A stretch of DNA of 64,000 nucleotides from an uncultured delta proteobacterium (GCA_963804165.1 CAWDPO010000004.1:143974-207973); one strand, 5' to 3'. Counted from the first letter of the stretch, positions 10,375 to 21,532 are shown. Made by a program: numbers and translations. Notes: generated by a model from the letters alone, not told the origin.

Positions 10375-12693
10375 ATGACTATCGAGATTCTTAATCCCGA
10401 TAACTATCGAACTTCTTTGTTCGCCCTCCCAACCCTGCTTACCGCGAGCACGATGTTGGCACTCGGGCTCATGGTTCTTATCCGCGAACGCCAGTCCCAT
10501 GTCAGTATTTCTTTCTTCGTTATGACTGCGACGGCAGCACTCTGGTTATCGGGCTATTCATTCATGTACTGCGCAACCACCGAGCGCGTGGCGGCAACCT
10601 GGAGCACAATCGGCCACATCGGGATCGTTTTCATTCCTGCGTCGATACACCACTTCACGTTGACGGCGGTGGGGAGCTACCATCGCTACAAACGACGAGT
10701 CTGGTTGATCTGGGAAGTTTCCGGCGGCTTCTTGCTTTCCGTTATATCCACTGACGCGTTTTTCAGCGGCGTGCGCTCTTATACGTGGGGTTATTACCCG
10801 ATATATCGCTGGATGGGAACCCTTTTCGTATGCTTTTTTCTCTGCCTCGTGGTCATGAGTTTGCGCCAATATTGGACCTCTTATCGTGCTGCGCCGTCAG
10901 GGGCTGGCAAATCGCGGAACCAGGGTTTGTTGCGTGCCTTTTGCATCGCGTATCTGGGATCTTTCGACTTCCTGGCCGCCTACGGCATCCCGCTTTATCC
11001 ATTCGGATATATTCCCGTCCTGGGCTTCATCATCCTCGCCGACCGGACGATTCGACGATACCATCTGGTGAACATCACCCCCGAGTTCGCCGCCAAACAA
11101 ATCATCAACGCGATGGACGATGCGCTGCTAATTTTGGACAGCGACGGCATCGTCCGCGTCGCAAATCACAACGCTTGCGAAATCTTCACCCGACCCGAAA
11201 CCGAGATCGAAGGCTCACCTTTGTCGACGCTGGCGATGGGTTTTACCCCAGTCACCGACACCCTCGCGCGCGAGATTCTCGAAGGAAAGTTGCGCAACCA
11301 CGAATTACTGGCTCACAGCGGCGATACCGCTATCAGCCTCTCGTCCTTCGTCATGCGCGACGCCGAGCACAACCCTATCGCCACGGTCTGCATGATCCGG
11401 GACGTCACTAAAGAGAAATCGGCCCAGCGCGAAATTCAGCGCCACACCGAACGACAAGCCGCACTTTACGAGCTCAACCTTGCGGCGACGTCGACGCTCG
11501 AGCTGCGCGCTGTATTAGATGTTTTGTTGGAATGGCTTGCCGGATTGGTTCCGGGGACCGCGACAACTGTCATGCTCTGCGGTGAAACCGACGAGCCGCT
11601 GCGACGGGTGGCCTGCCGCGGTATCGATGAAGTCGCGTGGAAGTCGGAATCGTCCCTCCAAATCACACCGCTTCACCCGGTGCTGCGCTCAAAAGATGCC
11701 ATTCTGGTATCCAATATTCAGATCGCCAACGAAGGACTGGATTCGGCATCTTTTGTCTCCCGGGGATTTCACTCCTATCTCGGCTTACCCCTTTTCGCGA
11801 AAGACCACGTCATCGGGATACTTTCGCTCTATTCTGAGCAGGAACGCCATTACAGCGATGAAGAAATAAACTTTCTACGCAGCCTCGCGGGTCAAGTGGC
11901 TGTGGCGATCCACAACTCTCAGCTCTACGAGCAAACCCGCCAACAGGCTTCGGCGCTGGAAAAAGCCAACCTCGTTCGAGAGGATTTCTTGGGAGTGATG
12001 TCGCACGAACTAAGGACTCCGCTGAACGTCATCTCCGGCTACGCGAGACTCGTGCACGAGGGCGTCATGGGCGACGTGAATGCGGAGCAAAAAAAGGCCT
12101 TGGATAAAGTCGGCCACCACGCCGACGAGCTCCTATTCATGGTGAACAGCATCATGAACGCAACCAAAATCGAAGCGGGCGCCTTGTCGGTGGATCCCGA
12201 ACACTTTCCGTTAGCGAGTCTCTTGGACGAGCTTAGAGTGCTTTATGATTATCCGTTTGGAAAGGATATCAGCGTGGATTGGGGCTATTCGGCGGATCTT
12301 CCTTCGTTGTATACCGACCGCGACAAGCTTAAACATATTTTACAAAACCTCATCAACAACGCGCTCAAATTCACCGACGAGGGCTCCGTGAGCATATTTG
12401 TCCGCCATCTTCCCGACAAAGACCGTGTCGAAGTGATGGTTAGGGATACTGGGGTCGGCATTCCACCGGAAGAATTACCGCTCGTCTTCGATCGTTTCCG
12501 GCAAATTGACAATTCAAGAACGCGCACCTACGGCGGAGTCGGATTGGGGTTGCATATCGTCAAGACCTTCACTGAACTTCTCGACGGTCAGGTGACGGTC
12601 GCCAGCACTCCCGGCCAGGGCTCAAGCTTCACAATCACGCTTCCTTGCATCGGTCAGCAATCCAACACCACCAATCTTTCGCCGGGTCGCTGA
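10375..12693 (+). CDS. Sensor histidine kinase (multi-TM N-terminus, PAS, GAF, HisKA, HATPase)
   Basis: About 7 hydrophobic segments, a PAS-like region, a GAF region (LGLPL...IGILSL), H-box SHELRTPL, and N/G boxes NALKFT, DTGVGI and GLGL. Confidence 0.93.
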   Translation: MTIEILNPDNYRTSLFALPTLLTASTMLALGLMVLIRERQSHVSISFFVMTATAALWLSGYSFMYCATTERVAATWSTIGHIGIVFIPASIHHFTLTAVGSYHRYKRRVWLIWEVSGGFLLSVISTDAFFSGVRSYTWGYYPIYRWMGTLFVCFFLCLVVMSLRQYWTSYRAAPSGAGKSRNQGLLRAFCIAYLGSFDFLAAYGIPLYPFGYIPVLGFIILADRTIRRYHLVNITPEFAAKQIINAMDDALLILDSDGIVRVANHNACEIFTRPETEIEGSPLSTLAMGFTPVTDTLAREILEGKLRNHELLAHSGDTAISLSSFVMRDAEHNPIATVCMIRDVTKEKSAQREIQRHTERQAALYELNLAATSTLELRAVLDVLLEWLAGLVPGTATTVMLCGETDEPLRRVACRGIDEVAWKSESSLQITPLHPVLRSKDAILVSNIQIANEGLDSASFVSRGFHSYLGLPLFAKDHVIGILSLYSEQERHYSDEEINFLRSLAGQVAVAIHNSQLYEQTRQQASALEKANLVREDFLGVMSHELRTPLNVISGYARLVHEGVMGDVNAEQKKALDKVGHHADELLFMVNSIMNATKIEAGALSVDPEHFPLASLLDELRVLYDYPFGKDISVDWGYSADLPSLYTDRDKLKHILQNLINNALKFTDEGSVSIFVRHLPDKDRVEVMVRDTGVGIPPEELPLVFDRFRQIDNSRTRTYGGVGLGLHIVKTFTELLDGQVTVASTPGQGSSFTITLPCIGQQSNTTNLSPGR

Positions 12694-12848
12694 CCCCGCT
12701 TCGCTCCAAGCACCAAGGTTTGTCGATCCCAAAGGCTCACGCCGACCGCCGCCGCATCGAGTAGCCGGCATGTTGTTGCAATCTAAGCTCGCCTGGGGCA
12801 AACAGGAGAGCGGAAACGATTTTTTTGAGCTCGAAAGGAGTACCGATC

Positions 12849-13985
12849 ATGGCGCATAAGTCCGGGGGAGATGTATTTGACAGAGCAGAAGCCGAAAAAC
12901 TTCTTTACCCTGCTAGCCGTTTACCCGGCGGCGGGCAACTGGAAGTGCGCATGGAAATCTCACCGGACCATCCCGATCCAGACATCCGCGGCGTGGCGCG
13001 CCGAGTAAAATTTTTCAACCTTGAGAGTTGGCATAAGGAATGGACTGAAGTCGCTAAAAAGAACGAAGAGCTGGCCGCTGGCTTCGATCAGGAAAACCGC
13101 AAGCAAACGGCGCACGAGTTTTACCTGCGTGCCGCCGATTTCTACCGCCGCGCAGTCGTCTACATGGCCGAATCCGACCCGCGCATGCTGCCAACTTATA
13201 AGAAGCTCGAGGAAAACTTTAACAACGCTTGGACCATGGTCCCACCGCCCTTCGAACAAGTGGAGATCCCTTACGAAGGTCACAAGCTGCCGGCGTTGTT
13301 CTGGCCCGGCCGCGCCAAGTCGGGGACTACATTACCGGTAGTTTATAACTACGGCGGCGCCGACGGCATTCTGCTGCGCGGCGAAGACGGCGGCGCGGGT
13401 CAGTATACGCGCCGCGGCATGTCGTTCCTCGACGTTGACGGCCCTGGACATGGCGGCACACTGCGCTATCACAAGCTCTATGCGCCGCCCGATTCTGAAC
13501 GCGTCGCCAAGGCGGTGATCGATTATCTGGTCACTCGTGCGGACGTCGACTCCGATCGTATCGGCCTACACGGTTCTAGCATGGGCGGCTACTCGGGACC
13601 TCGCTCCGCGTCGGTCGAGAAAAGAATCAAAGCCGTCGCCGTTTGGAGCGGCGCGTACAATCTCGTCGACGATATATTTGATTATTACCCGCCGATCCAG
13701 GAGCGTCTGCGTTGGCTGATGGGCGCTAAAGATATCAAAGACGCCCGTGAAAAGATCAAAGAGTTTACGCTTGTCGGTAGAGCGAATAAGATTGAATGTC
13801 CGCTGCTCGTCGGTTACAGCATCGACGACCGCGTCATGGACCCGCGCGGCGCGCTCAAGCTCTATGAGAACACCGTCAACTCGCCCGATCGCTCCATGCT
13901 CGACGGTGTCGGCCACGGCCAGAAGAGATTTGACCGCAGAACCTACATCGCCGACTGGTTCATGAAGCAGCTAAAAGCCGCTTAA
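12849..13985 (+). CDS. Alpha/beta hydrolase (2,6-dihydroxypseudooxynicotine hydrolase/FrsA-like)
   Basis: GSSMGG nucleophile elbow, YLRAADFYR, DGPGHG and GVGH. AAGGAG RBS precedes the ATG at 12849. Confidence 0.85.
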   Translation: MAHKSGGDVFDRAEAEKLLYPASRLPGGGQLEVRMEISPDHPDPDIRGVARRVKFFNLESWHKEWTEVAKKNEELAAGFDQENRKQTAHEFYLRAADFYRRAVVYMAESDPRMLPTYKKLEENFNNAWTMVPPPFEQVEIPYEGHKLPALFWPGRAKSGTTLPVVYNYGGADGILLRGEDGGAGQYTRRGMSFLDVDGPGHGGTLRYHKLYAPPDSERVAKAVIDYLVTRADVDSDRIGLHGSSMGGYSGPRSASVEKRIKAVAVWSGAYNLVDDIFDYYPPIQERLRWLMGAKDIKDAREKIKEFTLVGRANKIECPLLVGYSIDDRVMDPRGALKLYENTVNSPDRSMLDGVGHGQKRFDRRTYIADWFMKQLKAA

Positions 13986-14015
13986 ACCGCTCGAAGGAAA
14001 ATCGCAAAGGCACCT

Positions 14016-14855
14016 ATGTCAACTTTTAATCTCGCTCAATCCCTCGATCATTTCGTCGTTCCGGTAGACGACCTCGTCGCCGCCGAAGAATTTTACGTTC
14101 GTGTCTTCGGCGGCGTGATTACCAAGCGTAACGGTTTAAACGTCCGCCAACGTAAGCGGGGCGCGGTGCCACACACGTTCATCCAGATCGGTGGTAAACG
14201 CATGGGCGTCTATCTTCAAAGCGAGGAGCGCGCGCAGCCGACTGGCGCGCGCGGTTTGCCGACCTATTCGTTTACGACGACGGCAAAAGGTCTCGAAGCG
14301 GTCATGAAGGATATCGAACAGCTAGGCGTGCGTTTCGATACTCCCGTCAAGAACCCGTACCCTTTCGCCGACCAATGCCTATTCTTTACCGATCCGGCGG
14401 CAAATCACTACGCGGTTTATACGCCGAGGGATCCGGCTGAGACTGCGAATGGCGCCAACGGCCGTATAACGGCGGTCGGTTATATCGAATTGGAAGCGCC
14501 GGATGTAGATGCGTCGATCGAATTTTACAAAACCGTCCTCGGCTTTGAGTTACAGAGCCGAAGCGAAACTGGCAAGCAGGCGATGCTCAAGATGGCAAGC
14601 GGCCAAACGTTGATCCTGACCGAAGCGCCTTTCTCGCCGAAGGGACTGGTAATGAGCCGCAAGGTGCCGGGACCTCACATAGCCTTTTACGTGCCCGCGC
14701 AAAAATGGAGTTCGGCGATGGCGCAGCTCGATCAGCTGGGCATTGCCAACGGCGATCGCGGCGCAGCCAAGGAACGCCACGACGGTCAAGGCGGCACATA
14801 CATGGACGATCCGGCAGGCTACGTCATCCAATTCATCACCGCTGGAATGGAGTGA
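14016..14855 (+). CDS. Two-domain VOC/glyoxalase family protein
   Basis: LDHFVVPVDDL..AEEFY..VFG, a second module VGYIEL...DASIEFYKTVLG, HIAF and DPAG. Confidence 0.85.
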   Translation: MSTFNLAQSLDHFVVPVDDLVAAEEFYVRVFGGVITKRNGLNVRQRKRGAVPHTFIQIGGKRMGVYLQSEERAQPTGARGLPTYSFTTTAKGLEAVMKDIEQLGVRFDTPVKNPYPFADQCLFFTDPAANHYAVYTPRDPAETANGANGRITAVGYIELEAPDVDASIEFYKTVLGFELQSRSETGKQAMLKMASGQTLILTEAPFSPKGLVMSRKVPGPHIAFYVPAQKWSSAMAQLDQLGIANGDRGAAKERHDGQGGTYMDDPAGYVIQFITAGME

Positions 14856-15709
14856 AAGTTTTGATAACCACCGATCAAGAGAAGCGTGCGCGGCTGCGCG
14901 CCATTCTCGCCGACCCGAAAGGCGCTATCGCGCCCGGAGTCACCGACGCGCTGTTCGCGCGCCTCGCGCAAGACTGCGGCTATGGCGCCGTGCATCTCTC
15001 AGGCAATGCGATCCATAAGAACTTTTGCCTGCCGGACCGCAATCTCCTGACCATCACGCAAATCGCCCAGCGTGTCGGACAGATCTCGGAAATAAGCGAT
15101 ATCCCGCTGATCGTCGATGGCGGTACCATTTGCCTCGAGAGCGCGGCGCTGAGGCGAACGGTAAAATCGTACGAGCGAGCGGGCGCCGCCGCGATTCGTT
15201 TCGAGGACAGCTTGGTCAACGAGTACGGCGCCCCCGCTGGGGATCTCACCATCGCACCGCTGCCCGTGATCGTCGAGCGCATCAAGGCCGCCGCTGACGC
15301 CCGTACCGACCCGTCTCTGGTTCTGATTGCGCGATGTGATTCCAGGCCGAAAGAATCTCTCGATCAGGTTTGCCAACGGCTGGCGGCATACGCCGAAGCC
15401 GGCGCCGATGCCGTCGGCGTACAGCTTACCGACGCCAATGACTTCCGCCACGTTGGCTCCCATGCGCCGGCGCCGCTGGTCGGCTTATGGCCCAGGGCGC
15501 AGATGAACGCGTTTCAGTTCTTGCAAATGGGATTTCGCATCGCGCTCATGCCCTCCAGTCTCCCGCTTGCCGCCTTAGGCGGCGCGAGGGAGATGCTTCT
15601 CGCACTCAAGCGATCCGGCAGTGATCGCGATTATTTCGATAAGCGAAATGGTTCTGCCGAAACCGAAGTTTGGTATAAGAATCTGGGTTCGACTCGAAAG
15701 TTAATCTAA
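14852..15709 (+). CDS. Isocitrate lyase/PEP mutase superfamily protein lacking the catalytic Cys loop
   Basis: PGVTDALFARL, LSG, PLIVDG, AIRFED, LIARCD and AYAEAGAD. The GTG start overlaps the VOC stop (GTGA). Confidence 0.85.
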   Translation: MKVLITTDQEKRARLRAILADPKGAIAPGVTDALFARLAQDCGYGAVHLSGNAIHKNFCLPDRNLLTITQIAQRVGQISEISDIPLIVDGGTICLESAALRRTVKSYERAGAAAIRFEDSLVNEYGAPAGDLTIAPLPVIVERIKAAADARTDPSLVLIARCDSRPKESLDQVCQRLAAYAEAGADAVGVQLTDANDFRHVGSHAPAPLVGLWPRAQMNAFQFLQMGFRIALMPSSLPLAALGGAREMLLALKRSGSDRDYFDKRNGSAETEVWYKNLGSTRKLI

Positions 15710-15721
15710 CTGGAAGATTGC

Positions 15722-16222
15722 ATGCTCAAAGAGCTCCCACTGCCGCAGGCCTATCGGGCCACGCCCACCGGACTGTATCTCATTTCCACCGCGCACCAAG
15801 GCAAACGCAACGTCCAGTTTGCCTTCCGCGCCCTAGGTCTCTCCGATGAGCCTCCCCTGCTCATGATCGGTATCCAGGACAAAAATTTCAGCCGCGAGAT
15901 GATCCAGAAAAGCGGTGAGTTCGTGTTGAATGTCTGCTCGCAAAGTCAGCTTCGCGCCGTGGACAAAAGTCGTGATCTCACCGGTCGCACGACCGACGAC
16001 AAATTTCTTGCCCTGGGCTTAGACACATTGCCGGCCAAGCTCGTGCAAGCTCCGTTGGTTGCCGGTTGTCACGCCAATGTGGAATGCCGGGTTGTTCACG
16101 AATTTACTTTGGACGGACTGTTCCTCTTCGTCGGCGAGGCGCTCGCGTCCTATGTCGACGATCAGACGCCGCCCGTAGGACGGCTTGCTGGAAAAACTTT
16201 TCGTTTCGACGGACCGATTTAG
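15722..16222 (+). CDS. Flavin reductase-like FMN-binding protein
   Basis: PTGLYLIST, PPLLMIGI, IQKSGEFVLN, DKF, ECRV and LFVGE. Confidence 0.85.
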   Translation: MLKELPLPQAYRATPTGLYLISTAHQGKRNVQFAFRALGLSDEPPLLMIGIQDKNFSREMIQKSGEFVLNVCSQSQLRAVDKSRDLTGRTTDDKFLALGLDTLPAKLVQAPLVAGCHANVECRVVHEFTLDGLFLFVGEALASYVDDQTPPVGRLAGKTFRFDGPI

Positions 16223-16249
16223 CGCGATCCCTCGCCAAGGAGGTATACC

Positions 16250-16981
16250 ATGCTTCGCCGGTGGCAAATTTCTGTGTGCATGCTTTTCATGTCCAGCATC
16301 GCTTTCCTCGATCCGTCTAACCTTCAAGCGGCCGCTGTTGATGAAACGCTCGCCAAGATCAACCGCCTGGCGCCGGCCGAACGGCAAGCAACGCTGGTGC
16401 GCGAAGCCAAAAACGAACGCAGCGTCGTCTGGTACGCACCCATGAACCGCGAGGACCTGCGTCAGTTCACCACCGCGTTCGAAGCGGAATATCCCTTCCT
16501 CAAGGTTGAAATTTTGACCGGCGGACCACAGAGTTTGCTCAATCGAATTCTGACTGAACATCGCGCCGGAAGATACAATTACGATATCCTCAATATTCGC
16601 AGCTCCGCTCTCTACACACTCAAGAAGGCGAACGCCATCGCCCGCCACGACTCACCGTATCGACGTGGCCTGCGCGCAGGATTCTACGATAAAGACGGCT
16701 ATTTCAACGGTATCTGGGCTTCCCTCATGGTCTATCTTTTCAATGCCAAGCAAGTCGATCGCGCGCAGGCACCGAAATCGATCAACGATCTGTTACAGCC
16801 AAAGTGGAAGGGAAAAATGGGCATGGATCAAGACGCCGACGATTGGCTTGCAGCGGTGATGGAATACCACGGCGATGACAAGGGCAAACAAATCGCGCGC
16901 AGCCTGGGAGCGCAGCAGTTGAACATCCGCAAGGGGCGCACTCTGGTTTCGCAACTGGTCGCAGCCGGCGAGTACCCGCTG
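16250..16981 (+). CDS. ABC transporter substrate-binding protein, truncated at a chimeric junction
   Basis: Signal peptide, AFEAEYPFLKV, PKSINDLLQPKWKGK and LVAAGEYPL, after which the sequence switches to ALDH. Confidence 0.85.
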
Positions 16982-18023
16982 CAGATGGCGGCCTGGAAGG
17001 TGTTGCCGGCCATCGCGGCCGGCAACACCATCGTCCTCAAGCCGGCCGAACTCACCCCGCTGACCGCCTGATGTTCGCCGAGGTCGCCAGCAGGCCGGCC
17101 TGCCCGACGGGGTCGTCAACATCGTCGCCGGCACCGGTCCGACCGCCGGGCCAGCGCTGCTGCGCCATCCCGACGTCGGCATGGTCTCCTTCACCGGCTC
17201 CACGCGGTCGGGCCGACGGTGCTGGAGGCGGCCGCGGCACCGCCAAACGGGTCCACCTCGAGCTCGGCGGCAAGGCGCCGTTCGTCGTCTTCGACGACGC
17301 CGACCTTGAGGCCGCCGCCCACGGCGCGGTCGCCGGCAGCCTGATCAACACCGGCCAGGACTGCACCGCCGCCACCCGCGCCTATCGTCCACCGCCCCTG
17401 CTACGACCGGAGTTCGTCGACGGCGTCGCCGAGCTGACGGCCAGCGTCCGGCTCGGCCCGACCGCGGACCCGAACACCGACATCGGGCCCGCTCATCTCC
17501 TTGGCCCACCGCGACCGGGTCGCCGGCATGGTCGAGCGCGCCCGCCGGCGTACGCCACCGTCGTCACCGGCGGCGGCGTCCCCGGCGGTGCCGCTGGCGC
17601 GGGGCCGCTACTACGACCCGACCCTCATCACCGACGCCGCGCAGGACAGCGAGATCGTCCGCGACGAGATCTTCGGCCCGGTCCTGGCCGTGCTGCCCTT
17701 CGACACCGACGACGAGGCCATCGACCTGGCCAACGACACCCCGTACGGACTGGCCGCCTCCGCCTGGACCCGCGACGTCTACCGGGCGCTGCGGGCGACC
17801 CGCGAGATCCGGGCGGGCTGCGTCTGGATCAACGACCACATCCCGATCATCAGCGAGATGCCCCACGGCGGCTGAAGGAGTCCGGCTTCGGCAAGGACAT
17901 GTCGGGCTACTCCTTCGACGAGTACACCGGTCAAGCACGTCATGTTCGACATCACCGGCGTCGCCGCAAAGGGCTGGCACGACAGATCTTCACCATCCGG
18001 CCACGGCCGGCCCAACCTCGTGA
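16973..18023 (+). CDS. Aldehyde dehydrogenase (gamma-aminobutyraldehyde DH-like), 5'-truncated and frameshifted
   Basis: [45 protein letters not shown] and EMPHGG.K.SGFGKD, spread over several frames. Confidence 0.88.
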
Positions 18024-18791
18024 TCCCGGACCGGTCCGCCCCGTCGGCGCGTCGGTTCGCCGGACCAGGTCGGTGTGGTGACCGGCGCCGGCGGCGGATC
18101 GGCTCGGCCATCAGCGAGCGATTCGTCGCCGAGGGCGCCATCGTCGCGGTCTGCGACGCCGACGCCGCTGCCGCTGAAGTCGTCGCCGCTCGACCACAAG
18201 ACGGTGGCGGCCGGGCGGGGCCTGTCTTCTTCGACGTTGCCGATGCGATGCCTGCGCTGCCGGTGTCGATGCTGGTTGGTCGCCACGGGCGGCTTGATGT
18301 GCTGGTGAACAACGCCGGGATCAACCGGAGGGGCGACCTGCTCGCCGTCGCCCGGCCGATTGGGACCTCAGCTTCGCGGTGAATGCACGCCTTGTTCCAC
18401 CTGTGCCGGGCGGCCTTGCCGACATGGCCGCCGGTGGCGGATCGATGGTGAACACTGCCTCACAGTGGGGCCTCCAGCCGGCCCCTGGACACATCGCCTA
18501 TAACACCTCGAAGGCCGCGGTGGTCTCCTTCACCCAGAGTCTGGCCCGCGACTATGCGCCGCATGGCATCCGGGTCAACGCCGTGTGCCCCGGCGAGATC
18601 CACACGCCGATGCTCGCGGCGGACTGCCCGGTCCGGACCGCACCGTCGCCGACCTTGACGGCTCGGTGCCGGCGGGCCGCATCGGCCAACCTGCGGAGGT
18701 GGCAGCGCTCGTCGCGTTCCTGGCGTCGGACGAGGCGCCGTTCATCTGCGGTGCGGCGGTCGAGATCACCGGCGCCCAGGCGGTGGCATGA
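18020..18791 (+). CDS. SDR family oxidoreductase (frameshifted)
   Basis: VTGAGGG.IG, DVLVNNAG, YNTSK and IRVNAVCPG. Confidence 0.85.
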
Positions 18792-19526
18792 GCAGTACAC
18801 TCCCCCCGTGCGGGCCGCGGAAACGGTTCTGGTCACCGGCGGGTCGCGAGGAATCGGCGCCGCCGTGGCGCGGGCGCTGCACCGAGACGGCGCGTTCGTC
18901 GTCGTGCACTGCGGGTCCAACCGCCAGCTCGCCGATCGCCTGTCACTGCGGCTGGGCGAACGCGCCACCGCTGTCTGCGTTGACCTGCTCAACCGGTCTG
19001 GCCCGACACCCTGTGGCAGGAAGCACTGGCCTGGCGGGGCGTAGTCGACGTTCTGGTCAACAACGCCGGCGCCTGGATCTCTTCGCCGGTCGAAGACCCG
19101 GCGAGTGGGCACAAGGCTGGGCCGACAACTTGGCCCTCAACTTGCGTGCACCCGCGGACCTGGCCGGCACGCCATTCTGACATTCGTCAGCCGGCGGCGG
19201 CGTCATCATCAATGTCGCCAGCCGGTCCGCCCACCGGGCGATGACGCGGAACACCTGGCGTACGGCGCTGCCAAGGGGGTTGCTGGCGCTGACCAAGGGC
19301 ATCGCCCGGGGATTCGCGGCGATCGGGTGCTCGCCTATGCCGTGGCTCCCGGGTGGGTCGCGACAGATCTCGGCTGACGCGGGCTGACCGAGGCCGCCGA
19401 GGGCTGCCGCTGGGAGAGATCACTCCACCGGAAGACGTGGCCGAGATGATCGTGTTCCTCGCGTCGGGCCGTCCGCCATACGACGGGGCCACGATCGACA
19501 TCACCGGCGCGGACTACATGCGCTGA
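18788..19526 (+). CDS. SDR family oxidoreductase (frameshifted)
   Basis: LVTGGSRGIG, DVLVNNAG, YGAAK and VAPGWVAT. Confidence 0.85.
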
Positions 19527-20215
19527 CCGGTAGCCAGGTGGATCATCCCGGCCACCTCGTCAGCACTTCGGCCGATGTGATCGCGAACCTCGACAAGGAT
19601 CGCCGCTTCGTCGCCGGAAGCGATGACGTCGACCAGGCGTTGGTGCAGCTCGGCGTCGCGTGCAGGTGCGTGGCGGGTGGCCTGGTCCAGGTTCATCGCC
19701 ATCTGAATCTGGGACTCGACGAACGGCCAGATCTTGGTCAGCATGGGGTTTCCCGAGGCTTCCCACAGCGTGCGGTGCAGGTCGAGATGGGTGCGGCTGG
19801 CCGCCACCGGATCGTCGGCTTGCAGGGCTTCGAGATGTCGGCGGAGCGCCCGGCGCAGGGACGCCATACCCGGCCCGTCTGGGTCGCGAGCGACCTTCAA
19901 GGCCGCCAAGGTCTCGAGCGACACCCGGACCTCGGCGACGTCGATGAGATCTTGAGCGCTGGGCTGAGCGACCCGCACACCTTTGTAGGGCTCCTGCACC
20001 AGCGAGCCCTCCGAGATCAACTGATTCATCGCCTCCCGGACAGTCGGCCGGCTGATGCCCAGCATCGCGGCCATCGCGGTTTCTTTGATGCGTTGACCCG
20101 GCTCCAGCTCGCCAGACAACAGGGCCCGACGCATCGAGGCCACGGCCATCTCGCGGCGAGTGCTGTTGCTGATCGGCGAGAGCGCAGGGGTGTCGTCCTG
20201 GTCGATGGTCATCAC
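19514..20215 (-). CDS. GntR (FCD) family transcriptional regulator
   Basis: GELEPGQRIKE..MAAMLGISRPTVREA...L..EG. A GGAGG RBS precedes the GTG/ATG at 20215/20212, so the ORF-track extension to 20860 is spurious. Confidence 0.9.
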   Translation of the reverse strand: MMTIDQDDTPALSPISNSTRREMAVASMRRALLSGELEPGQRIKETAMAAMLGISRPTVREAMNQLISEGSLVQEPYKGVRVAQPSAQDLIDVAEVRVSLETLAALKVARDPDGPGMASLRRALRRHLEALQADDPVAASRTHLDLHRTLWEASGNPMLTKIWPFVESQIQMAMNLDQATRHAPARDAELHQRLVDVIASGDEAAILVEVRDHIGRSADEVAGMIHLATGQRM

Positions 20216-20358
20216 GTCCTCCTCCGGCCGACCCATCCTATGCCAGATCGTTTGACAATCTGCGCAGCGGTATCCTGGGGCTGTGTCCCGCCGAGCGCCC
20301 ATGGGCCGGTGCACAACACCTGTGAAGGTTCGCCGAGTGGCGCAGGAAGGAACCCACC

Positions 20359-21489
20359 GTGGGTCAGGTACGCGTGATCGAGTCGATCGACGTGCACGCC
20401 GAGGGCGAGCCCGCCAGGGTCTTGTTGGGGCTGCATCTGAGTGTTCGGGGAGCGACGATGGCCGAACGGTTGCAGTGGTGCATTGACCATCTCGACCCGG
20501 TTCGACACCTGCTTCTGCACGAGCCCCGTGGTCACCCAGCCCTCTGTGGCGTACTGGTCCTGCCGCCGGCCACGCCGGACGGGGATGTCGGGATCGTCGT
20601 CGTCGAACAGGGCGGGTTCCGACCGATGTCGGGCAGCAACACGATGTGCGCGGTGACGGCGCTCCTGGAGACCGGTGCCCTGCCGATGACTGCGCCGACG
20701 ACGACGGTGCGGATCGATACCGCGGTGGGCAGGGTAGATGCCGTCGCTCGCGTCGAGGGTCGCAAAGTCGTCTCCGTGCAGGTGCACAACGTGCCGTCGT
20801 TCGTGGTCGGTTTGAGCGTCCCCGTCGATGTACACGGCATGGCACTGTCGAGGCCGACATCGCTTTCGGCGGACAGTTCTACGTTCAGGCTCCGGCCGCG
20901 GCCTTGGGCGTTGAGCTCGGCGCGGCCAACGCACCCGCGATCATCCGGGCCGGTATGGGTCTGCTGGCGTCGCTCGCGAGCAGGTGACGGTGCGGCACCC
21001 CCAGTATTCGCAGATTGATCAGATCGGTCTGGTCATGCTGCACGGAGCATCATCCGAGGCCGGCATCGACGGCCGCAACTCCGTCGTCATGCCCAACGCC
21101 GTTCTGGACGCCCGAGATCCATGCAGCTGGAGGGGATCTCTTGACCGGTCTCCGTGTGGAACCGGAACATCAGCTCGGATGGCCTGTCTGCACGCCCGTG
21201 GGCAGTTGCCGCTCGGCCAGCCGTTCGTGCACCAAGGCGTGCTCGGCACCACGTTTACCGGAATTCTGCACGAACTGACGACCGTCGGCGACTTTTCGGC
21301 TGCGTGCCGTCGGTCGAGGGCAGAGCATGGATCACTGGTCTCAACTCCCACATGGTTGACCCGGACGATCCGTTTCCGCAGGGATACACGCTCGGCGACG
21401 TCTGGGCCTCCTCACCGTCTGAGGGCGGCGCAAAGCGCGACCCGGCCGCAGGAGCTCTTGGCCCTGGGCCTGGTCGGCGTTCTCCCTAG
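20359..21489 (+). CDS. Proline racemase superfamily protein, Ser/Cys type (frameshifted, 3' end approximate)
   Basis: DVHAEGEP.R, LLHEPRGH, PMSGSN, DIAFGG, DRSPCGTGTSAR and DPDDPFPQG. Confidence 0.88.
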
Positions 21490-21532
21490 TCGACGCGAGA
21501 CGGCGCAGCTCGGAAGGCCACACAAGCGCCCC

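Noticed and set aside
16250-17071. Apparent novel SBP-ALDH fusion protein (273-aa ORF)
   Set aside because: It is better explained as a chimeric junction, since both halves are truncated and composition changes abruptly.
19514-20860. 448-aa GntR with a long N-terminal extension
   Set aside because: The extension is antisense to the proline racemase gene, and an RBS supports a start at 20215/20212.
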